DNA of 64,000 nucleotides from Bdellovibrionota bacterium. Lineage in GTDB: Bacteria; Bdellovibrionota_C; UBA2361; CALJRW01. A program made the position numbers and the translations under genes. The notes under the pieces are model-generated. The model was not told the origin of the DNA, did not search any database, and saw nothing but the letters and a program-made list of their open reading frames with translations. The stretch covers positions 48,162-112,161 of the forward strand of contig JBGSMD010000015.1 of assembly GCA_041740355.1 (NCBI GenBank), read 5' to 3'. Shown here piece by piece: positions 20,879 through 28,432 of this stretch. Every line of letters starts with the position of its first letter. The stretch's first letter is position 1.

Positions 20879-22435
20879 CTAAAGGGAAAAAGAGGTCAGC
20901 GGTTCGAACCCTCTTAGCTCCACTCTTACATTATTGTGATCTCCAAAACCCTGAAATACTTTATAACTTAAAGTAGTTAAGACGGTTCCAAATCCACTTT
21001 CTTTGCTAAAGGATAGTTTGTCAGCGAAAATTAATTTTAAGATTAATCTCTTTGCTTTGAAGTCTCCTTTTTCCCATATTTTATCAGGGTTCCCGATATA
21101 GTTTGCTATTTTCTTTAGTACGGTTCCAACATCTAATCTATTAGTATCGGTTACTTGCAAATCTGCTTCCAATTTAACTTTCTCATTATTTAAATCCAGT
21201 ATTTTCTTCTCATACATTGAGATTACAGTTGAATTTGAACAATTAGTCATTTGGTTAAAGATTAACTCTATCTTACAATCAAGCTCTTTTAGAGATTGTT
21301 CTTTAACCTTATTTTCTTTTGAGATTTCGACAATCTTTTTTTGCCACACCTCTTTCATTACTTCTTGTGCCAAGTCACAAATTCCCTTTTTTGGCTTTAG
21401 GAAGCTTAACAGTGAATAGAATTTCTCTTCTAATTCAAATCTTTTAATACTTTTACCATAAACAGTGCATTCTTTATTTCGACAATGATAATACGGATGT
21501 AAGCAATTTCTCCCCTTACTCCAACTAGCGGTCAAAGAAGTTCGACAACAGCTACAAGAAATAAAGCCTCTCAAGACAAAATCCTCATTAATATCTGCTC
21601 TCTTTGGTAAATGACTTTTTTGCTTTAGCTTTGCTTGGGCTTTGAAGAATATATTTGGTGACACAATGGCTTGATGTTCCCCTTTTTGCATTTTGATACC
21701 CCAATCAGGTTTATGGATAAATCCCGCATAAAGTGGATTGCTAAGCAATTTTCCAGTGAATTGATGATAGATAGTACCCTTGGAATTCTTGGGGAAATTA
21801 GGATTTTTAATTAAGAAATTTTGAACATCTGATATGCTTTCAAAGCGTCCAGAAACTAGTCCCTCAAAGGCCTCCTTGATTACATCGCTACTTGGTAGAA
21901 CTGGAACTATTATTTTATGTTTCTTCTCGTTTACAATCCTCTTATATCCTAATGGAATAGGAAGCACCCAATGACCTTGCTCCATTCTAGCCTGCATTCT
22001 ACTTTTAACTTGAATTGCATTCATCTCTCGTTGAAACTGAGCAATTATCACTTGTACACCTTCTGTGAGGTGGTTTATTGGCGTATCCTCAAGTTCTAAA
22101 GATACACTCTCTAGCCTACCACTAAATGAGACTATTATGTTTTTAAATTGATAGTGGAGTACGGTTCGCCTTGCAAGTCTACTAACATCATCTACGATTA
22201 CAACAACAGAAATTTTTTGCCTATGATAGGAAGCAATGCAGGATAATAGCTCTTGGAATCCCTTTCTTATCTCTGTTTTTCCAGAGACTGCTCCATCTCG
22301 AAAGACACCCACTACTTCATAATTTTTTGATTGTGCATATTTCCGACAACTCTGTTCTTGAGAACTAAGACCATTTCCTTCTTGGACTTGTTTTTGGCTC
22401 GAAACTCTACAATAAATTATCGCCTTTTGAATCAT
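20879..22435 (-). CDS. Large serine recombinase / integrase
   Basis: IYCRVSS catalytic motif, DDVSRLAR, recombinase domain, LRGFISCSCC...YYHC zinc ribbon, coiled coil. Confidence 0.93.
   Translation of the reverse strand: MIQKAIIYCRVSSQKQVQEGNGLSSQEQSCRKYAQSKNYEVVGVFRDGAVSGKTEIRKGFQELLSCIASYHRQKISVVVIVDDVSRLARRTVLHYQFKNIIVSFSGRLESVSLELEDTPINHLTEGVQVIIAQFQREMNAIQVKSRMQARMEQGHWVLPIPLGYKRIVNEKKHKIIVPVLPSSDVIKEAFEGLVSGRFESISDVQNFLIKNPNFPKNSKGTIYHQFTGKLLSNPLYAGFIHKPDWGIKMQKGEHQAIVSPNIFFKAQAKLKQKSHLPKRADINEDFVLRGFISCSCCRTSLTASWSKGRNCLHPYYHCRNKECTVYGKSIKRFELEEKFYSLLSFLKPKKGICDLAQEVMKEVWQKKIVEISKENKVKEQSLKELDCKIELIFNQMTNCSNSTVISMYEKKILDLNNEKVKLEADLQVTDTNRLDVGTVLKKIANYIGNPDKIWEKGDFKAKRLILKLIFADKLSFSKESGFGTVLTTLSYKVFQGFGDHNNVRVELRGFEPLTSFSL
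20890..20922 (+). repeat. Diverged copy of the tRNA-Ala 3' end (att-like)
   Basis: AAGAGGTCAGCGGTTCGAACCCTCTTAGCTCCA matches 20357-20389 at 29 of 33 positions, first 18 identical. Confidence 0.85.
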
Positions 22436-22571
22436 CGTCTCTATTCTCCGCCTTTAAGTTTGAAAAATAATCATCGATGATCTGTTCAGCAATAGTTTTT
22501 AATGAGCATACTAGTAATTCTAGTTCACTTTCATTAATACTTAAATTTTTACAATATTTTTCTTTATCCAA
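22407..22571 (-). CDS. Unlisted 54-aa ORF overlapping the recombinase start
   Basis: TTG start; MDKEKYCKNLSINESELELLVCSLKTIAEQIIDDYFSNLKAENRDDDSKGDNLL. Confidence 0.4.
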   Translation of the reverse strand: MDKEKYCKNLSINESELELLVCSLKTIAEQIIDDYFSNLKAENRDDDSKGDNLL

Positions 22572-22700
22572 AGCCACGACACTACGCCTTTAAAAGCAAT
22601 ATGCCTGACTTTGGTGCTTCCAATCATCAGTTATCTAAATACATTCATTACTAAATAATTTTCTTACTGTGGGATCTCCACTCATAAAAAAATCGTTCTA

Positions 22701-23537
22701 TTAAAATTTTTTTGTTTTAGTAACCTCTAAATAAGTTAATACTCCATCATTTAACTTACCTTCAAAACTACCGTGAGAAAAATTAGCAATTGTTTTGGCT
22801 AATTTTTGTAATTCTCTCAAATCTTTGGGCTTTTCTGTTGTCTTAATTTGAGCAATCTCTCCATTCTTTTTTACAATATTAATATCCTTTATCTTTGGAT
22901 CTCTTAGGTTTGCCAACAGTTCCATTTCAGATGCTTTCATTTTAACTGAGTACATTTCAGATTCTGTTTGTGGATAACTATTTATATCAAAGTATTGAGA
23001 AACAATATTTCGTAAATCTAGAAGGATAAATGAGGGCTGAGAATGAGTATTGAAAATGAAATAATAATTAGAAAGACAAGTACGAGAAATTGGCTGACAA
23101 TACCCATCAGAAAAAACTAATATGTAAACTGGCCTATTTAACATAGCCAGAGTCACAGTAGCTTCAAACTGGGGAAAATCTGTATTTCCATTTGGAGCAA
23201 TGTGCATACTTGAATAACTTCTCTGTAGCTTGCTTACTGATAGTCCATAAAGCCTTAACTCTGAAACTATATCAATCCAAAGAATATCCAACATTGTGAA
23301 TGTTCGCCAACCCTTGTCATTAGCACTTTTGTTATTGGCAATTATTCCACAATCTGCCCAACTTGATAGAACTCGTGCACTCTGTTTTGTACACTTTAAA
23401 TTTTTAGTTTTACTAGCAAGGATTGATTTGTTTTGTGAGTGACTAACCTTGGAGTAATAAATTTGAAGTGCATTCTCAAACTCCTCAGATATTGGAATGA
23501 AATTTGTTGGATATGAATATTGATTTATTTCGGCCAT
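22701..23537 (-). CDS. Hypothetical protein with MerR-like HTH region
   Basis: SARVLSSWADCGII...GWRTFTMLDI resembles a MerR-type winged HTH. Confidence 0.55.
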   Translation of the reverse strand: MAEINQYSYPTNFIPISEEFENALQIYYSKVSHSQNKSILASKTKNLKCTKQSARVLSSWADCGIIANNKSANDKGWRTFTMLDILWIDIVSELRLYGLSVSKLQRSYSSMHIAPNGNTDFPQFEATVTLAMLNRPVYILVFSDGYCQPISRTCLSNYYFIFNTHSQPSFILLDLRNIVSQYFDINSYPQTESEMYSVKMKASEMELLANLRDPKIKDINIVKKNGEIAQIKTTEKPKDLRELQKLAKTIANFSHGSFEGKLNDGVLTYLEVTKTKKF

Positions 23538-23605
23538 TCCCTTATATTACATACTAGTAATCATTTTGCAATGACTAGTTACTCATATGTAATAGTTTTA
23601 ATCAA

Positions 23606-23848
23606 CTATTTGTTTTTATTATATTTTTTTAGGTTATTAATTAATGTATTTGGGGAAAGGCCTAAGCATTCAGCTATTAGTATAAATTCAATCACATCTA
23701 ATCTTCTTTCCCCAGATTCAAATTTCGAGACATAGGACTGGGGTTTGTCTAACTTTTTGGCAAGCTGAGCCTGAGTAATACCCTTCGCCCTTCTTGATTC
23801 TGCGAGAAGAGTAATAAAGTTTTTGTATAGTTCCCTATGCTGTTGCAT
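23606..23848 (-). CDS. XRE-family HTH transcriptional regulator
   Basis: RRAKGITQAQLAKKLDKPQSYVSKFESGERRLD. Confidence 0.9.
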   Translation of the reverse strand: MQQHRELYKNFITLLAESRRAKGITQAQLAKKLDKPQSYVSKFESGERRLDVIEFILIAECLGLSPNTLINNLKKYNKNK

Positions 23849-23873
23849 AGAGAATTATTGACTCAATCACATT

Positions 23874-23908
23874 AATATCCCAAAATAGGATATTCTATTT
23901 TGGGATAT
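23874..23908. promoter_or_regulatory. Operator between divergent XRE and zinc-ribbon genes
   Basis: Perfect 14-bp inverted repeat ATATCCCAAAATAG-N6-CTATTTTGGGATAT. Confidence 0.7.
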
Positions 23909-23911
23909 AGT

Positions 23912-24418
23912 ATGTTTTGTTCTTCTTGTGGAAATAAACTTCTGGATAATAGCCAATTTTGTAGTAAATGTGGCACCGATCTACAGACTACTGATAAGCC
24001 AGAACCAAAGAAAAAGCTTCTTCAACAACCCCTTTCTGAGCTTAAAATGCATAAAGGATTAATTGTTGTTCTTGTTTTTGTAGTATTCTTTATTGTCTTT
24101 AAAGCCTGTTCTCCTGGACAACCAGTAGTAATTGATGAAAATACTAAGATTGAAAATGCTTGCAAAAAGAAAACAATTGAAGCCAAGGTAATGGCAGAAA
24201 GCTTTTTAAAAGATAAGCTTGTTTCTCCTAGTACGGCTGAATTTTCAGGGATTTTAGATACAAAGATTGCCCCAATCGAGGACTGCTCATACAAAGTTAT
24301 TGGATTTGTTGATTCTCAGAATAGTTTTGGTGGCCAAATCAGAAGCAGTTACATTGCCATTGTTCAATACAATTTAGAAAAAGATTCTTGGAACTTAAAA
24401 GATAGTTTGATCAAATAG
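23912..24418 (+). CDS. Zinc-ribbon, single-TM protein of mobile-element type
   Basis: MFCSSCG...FCSKCG, one TM helix, LVSPSTAEF and VDSQNSFG in the extracytoplasmic domain. Confidence 0.7.
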   Translation: MFCSSCGNKLLDNSQFCSKCGTDLQTTDKPEPKKKLLQQPLSELKMHKGLIVVLVFVVFFIVFKACSPGQPVVIDENTKIENACKKKTIEAKVMAESFLKDKLVSPSTAEFSGILDTKIAPIEDCSYKVIGFVDSQNSFGGQIRSSYIAIVQYNLEKDSWNLKDSLIK

Positions 24419-24419
24419 T

Positions 24420-24923
24420 TCAATGCAAATTACGAATTTTGATCGCTTCTTCTACGGCTGAGGAAAGATATTTTGCTATCCAATCATATCTTTCCTTACT
24501 AGTATAACCTTGAGGATCATAACATTTAACTACATCAGATAATTTTATTGGGCTTTTTCCACCATCAAAACTAAGGAGCTCAAAGGGATTTTCACCCTTA
24601 ACTGATACATTTCCTTGTTTATCTTTAAGCCCGTGTATGTGTATGCCAACTACACCCTTCTTTCTATGCCAAGATTTTTTTATCTCCTCAAGAACCCAAG
24701 GCCTTTGGGAAGTTTCTGAACCAATCAAAACGACAGTGCACGAACAGCCTAACATTTGATTATCAATCCAATTTGAGATGGAACTCTTGCCTCCTCTTTT
24801 TACCTCCTCCCAATCATTATCAAACAGGAGTGCACTTCTATCGACTGAGCCAATATTTCGAATCTGTGCCACTCTCCAATTATCGAGATTATAATGAAAA
24901 CTGTAAAAACATTTCCGCTTCAC
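24420..24923 (-). CDS. TIR-domain protein (ThsB / MTH538-like)
   Basis: KCFYSFHY..DNWR, SCTVVLIGSET..RPWVLEEI with the putative catalytic Glu; probable GTG start at 24923 after AGGAAG. Confidence 0.88.
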   Translation of the reverse strand: MKRKCFYSFHYNLDNWRVAQIRNIGSVDRSALLFDNDWEEVKRGGKSSISNWIDNQMLGCSCTVVLIGSETSQRPWVLEEIKKSWHRKKGVVGIHIHGLKDKQGNVSVKGENPFELLSFDGGKSPIKLSDVVKCYDPQGYTSKERYDWIAKYLSSAVEEAIKIRNLH

Positions 24924-24933
24924 GCCATTCTTC

Positions 24934-25326
24934 CTATGTACTAAATATAATTGCAATTAGACCAATGGACACAATCAAGATGCCGTGAAAGATCATTAAT
25001 GTCTTTGAGAAGATAGAAGCAAATAGATGAGTTTTTAAATCACTGGCATTCATACAAAAATCAATTTCATCGGGGTTCTTTGTTCTTACACGATTATAAT
25101 GTTTGCGATACGCCCGCTCTAATGAAAGGAAATAACCATCAAGCCCCCAAAAGACAATGGCAGGAATCAAGGCAAGTAATACAATTGAATTACTTGCACC
25201 CTTTTCCATTAATGCAATTAATGCCGAAATGATTACAACACTCCAACCTTTCAGTAAAAATGAATTGGTAGAAAGACGATTTACTACTCCTTGAATAAAT
25301 TCTAAATGTTTAATTTTACTATCCAT
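24934..25326 (-). CDS. Small 3-TM membrane protein, candidate effector
   Basis: KHLEFIQGVVNRLSTNSFLLKGWS, FWGLDGYFL.LER.YR, three hydrophobic stretches. Confidence 0.75.
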   Translation of the reverse strand: MDSKIKHLEFIQGVVNRLSTNSFLLKGWSVVIISALIALMEKGASNSIVLLALIPAIVFWGLDGYFLSLERAYRKHYNRVRTKNPDEIDFCMNASDLKTHLFASIFSKTLMIFHGILIVSIGLIAIIFST

Positions 25327-25328
25327 AG

Positions 25329-25853
25329 CTAGTACTCAGCATTTAAAATTTCAAGTATTTCCTCTTTTGTGAATTCCATCGCCGTATTTTTAAATTTATG
25401 TAATCTTCTGTAAGTATCAACCATTGCTTTATATTTTTCTCTCATCTCACTGTGACTATTTAAATCAACATTTGGAGTCTGGCCAAACAAAGCTTTGTAT
25501 TTCTTTTGAGTATTGATTACGAATTCGACAAAGCGGTAATGATCCGTCTCGTTATTACCATCATAACCTTGAAATTTTGCATTGTAATGTTTTGTTACTT
25601 CCTGATCAGCAGGATTCTCCCTAATATGATTGTCAATAACTTGAAATACTGTAAGTGTATCAAAAACCTCTTTAGAAACATCAAGGCTTAGGGTAGGTAA
25701 TAACTCATAACCAACTGATTCGTAATAGACCTCATACCCATCTGATAATATTTCAATATCTTGGTCATATTTTTCGGAATTCTTAGGATCTAGTGTTTTA
25801 AGAATTAAAAATTGGTTAATTAGTATTTTACGCTCTTGATCTGAATAGGACAT
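25329..25853 (-). CDS. yfbU: YfbU-family protein
   Basis: ERKILINQF.IL..LDP, GYE..Y, FQGYDGNNE, NSHSEM..KY..M match the YfbU family pattern. Confidence 0.8.
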   Translation of the reverse strand: MSYSDQERKILINQFLILKTLDPKNSEKYDQDIEILSDGYEVYYESVGYELLPTLSLDVSKEVFDTLTVFQVIDNHIRENPADQEVTKHYNAKFQGYDGNNETDHYRFVEFVINTQKKYKALFGQTPNVDLNSHSEMREKYKAMVDTYRRLHKFKNTAMEFTKEEILEILNAEY

Positions 25854-26104
25854 TTGATAATTTTTTAAAAAACAAAAGATGAATTTTTGAAGTAATCATC
25901 ATCTTGAACATTTTCAAGTCCTTCAAATCATTAATTTTAAGAATATTGTTAAAAGTTTTGAATTTAGTAAATTTTGATTACTATCGGAAACTAGCATTAG
26001 ATTAGATGTAGCGGTGTCAGGGCACTGACCTTAGAGATTTTACACCCCCCTCTCTTTAAATCTGGTAAATTAACTATTTAAATATAGAAAATCCTAGTTT
26101 ATTT

Positions 26105-27019
26105 TTGAATTTTTGGAGATTAATCATAATATTTGTGATAATCACTAGATTTGAATTTTTAAAAATCACCCCCGTACCCAACATTATGTGCTTCTTTACT
26201 CCAGTTACAACTATCTTATCTAACTCTGATTTAATCGAAATAATTGCCATATTTGTTGGAATTATTATCGTTATTTACCAAGTTGATAAGGGTTTTAAAG
26301 ACAACCGTACTCTCCAAAATCAACAGTTTCAAAAACAAATTCAAATTGATCTACATAAGATCCTAGGTGAGTTAATTTCCCTTTCCTCCAGTAGTTTATC
26401 TGAACTTAATGCCAAACTTTGGTTTCTACCTGTCAATATTAAGAAATATGCGAATGATATCAAGGGCAATCAAAATGCTTTATTGCCCGATTTAAGCCCA
26501 CATCAACTTAATGAACTTTATTATGAAGCAATCAGAACAACTAGCCGTGTTGCGGATCTACTTGATGGGCATCAACTTACTAACAGTGCATATCCTGTCT
26601 TTAAAAAAATAATTTATATCAAAATAGATGAGGTAAGAAAATTTTACGCTAAATATTCCTCTGCTATCTTTGACTTTCTTCCATTTGATAAGACTATAGC
26701 GACGCCCACTGGAGAACTTGAGTCCATCAAGATAGTAAAAAACCACGCTAACGAGGTGCAATGCGAAAACATTGAGAAATTAACTAATGAGTTTATCCAC
26801 CTAGTATTTGATTTACTAGGATACTTGTCGGATATTCAAATTGAATCACAAAATATTGCACTTGGTGACCTTTTTGATCAATCCAAACTTGAATCTAGAA
26901 TACCTAGTGACCCTTCGATATTAGTTCTCAAATCGGATCCTAAAACTTTACAGGAACTCAGTGACTATATAACTAAAGTCCAAGAAGAGCGAAAAGTAAA
27001 AAAGAACTCCCACACTTAA
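26105..27019 (+). CDS. Hypothetical protein with N-terminal TM helix
   Basis: Long ORF, hydrophobic IIAIFVGIIIVIY followed by helical domain; start uncertain. Confidence 0.6.
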   Translation: MNFWRLIIIFVIITRFEFLKITPVPNIMCFFTPVTTILSNSDLIEIIAIFVGIIIVIYQVDKGFKDNRTLQNQQFQKQIQIDLHKILGELISLSSSSLSELNAKLWFLPVNIKKYANDIKGNQNALLPDLSPHQLNELYYEAIRTTSRVADLLDGHQLTNSAYPVFKKIIYIKIDEVRKFYAKYSSAIFDFLPFDKTIATPTGELESIKIVKNHANEVQCENIEKLTNEFIHLVFDLLGYLSDIQIESQNIALGDLFDQSKLESRIPSDPSILVLKSDPKTLQELSDYITKVQEERKVKKNSHT

Positions 27020-27215
27020 TTCGCCCGCATATTCTTTCACTATCTTAGTGTTTAATAATGTTATGGTGTGATAATTTACTAATCTTTAATCGGCTAACTA
27101 TATATAATCTCAGGCTTATTTTCTTTGTCCATAATATTTTCATAACTAATAATTAGATTATAAAATTCTAAAATCTCATTTTCGTATTGATTCCAACTTT
27201 CTAAGCTATAGTCCA

Positions 27216-28109
27216 CTATTTATGTCCTTCTAACCACCGCAGCAAACTCCATATTTGCCTAGTCAATCTACCTATAAATAATCCAAGGAAACCTAGCTTG
27301 GGCGTTGTCGTCGTTTCAATGATACATTCCAATGCTGCTTTTAGATCGCTTAGATACTCAGGTCTTAATAGCGAACCACCTAATCGAGGATTTATTTCAA
27401 AAATAACTATCTCACCCTGATCATTAAATTTATAATCAATATTACAGGGACCAGAAAACAATAAAGGCTCAAGAAATCTTCTAGCTACTTTTAAAAAATT
27501 ATCGGAGGTAGCAACCTTAAGCAATGTTTTCGGACTCTGCATATTATTTTTGTCCACAAGCTGATACTTATAAGTAACATCCCAAAGAATCTTACCATTC
27601 TTACAGATGCAATGTGTCACATACTCAATATTTCCAGGAACAAATTTCTGTAAAATGAAAGGATGATTCAGAAAGGTTACATCCTTCAACTCCGTAGATA
27701 GATCTTCACTGGAAGAAACTAAACGAATTCCATACCCTGCATTTAAATTGGTACGTTTTAAAACACAAGGAAATTCTACTGCATTAAGATCTTTGTATTT
27801 TAGGGGACAATAACTTGTAAGCTTTTGGCGTTCGACATAATTCGAAAATTGCAACTTGTCTCTTAAAATAGCCAATGCTCTTTCGCTTGGAATTAAGCAA
27901 AGGGATTTTTTTGGACAATCAAAGATATGATCTTCTAGTAAAGGAATTACAATTGTATTTTGATTAATCAAAGGAAATTCTTCTTTGCTAACAACGTGGA
28001 CAACAGATTTATCCTTTTGCAGCAATTTCCACACTTCGGCATCAGCACCTAAAGCCTCCATCCAGTCTTGGCTATGCTTGCCAAATATAATTATGCTATT
28101 TAAATACAA
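27216..28109 (-). CDS. ATP-grasp domain protein
   Basis: DK, FPCVLKR...AGYG, ILQKFVPG.EY, NIDYK, FEINPRLGGS. Confidence 0.8.
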   Translation of the reverse strand: MYLNSIIIFGKHSQDWMEALGADAEVWKLLQKDKSVVHVVSKEEFPLINQNTIVIPLLEDHIFDCPKKSLCLIPSERALAILRDKLQFSNYVERQKLTSYCPLKYKDLNAVEFPCVLKRTNLNAGYGIRLVSSSEDLSTELKDVTFLNHPFILQKFVPGNIEYVTHCICKNGKILWDVTYKYQLVDKNNMQSPKTLLKVATSDNFLKVARRFLEPLLFSGPCNIDYKFNDQGEIVIFEINPRLGGSLLRPEYLSDLKAALECIIETTTTPKLGFLGLFIGRLTRQIWSLLRWLEGHK

Positions 28110-28432
28110 ATTAGTCCTTCAGTAAATATTGAGAGTCCAAAAACAATTTATCCTATTTAATTTTTACTAAATTTATTTTTTGTCATCACTAGATACTCCC
28201 TGAGAATGTCAAATACATACAAGTGGAGCAAGTATAAAAAGCTTTTTACGAATTGTAATCAAATTGATAACAAGGATTTTAGCTTTGAATAAATTCAAAC
28301 ATTTCCTGAGTATCTTTAGATAGATTTATATTATTTTAGAGTTGAAATAAAGAAATTATCTTAGGACAGGATTAATCAGATTTTCCTAAATTAAATAATA
28401 ATCTTTAGTCCAAGCATCTTGATCTAAATCAA

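Larger units (their letters stand above)
20390..27050. mobile_element. Integrative genomic island at tRNA-Ala; right boundary uncertain, may extend towards 32 kb
   Basis: tRNA, duplicated tRNA 3' fragment, large serine recombinase, HTH regulators and defence-like cargo; no distal att site recognised. Confidence 0.6.

Noticed and set aside
24420-24923. Canonical Thoeris call
   Set aside because: No ThsA-type (SIR2-SLOG or TM-macrodomain) gene in the window.
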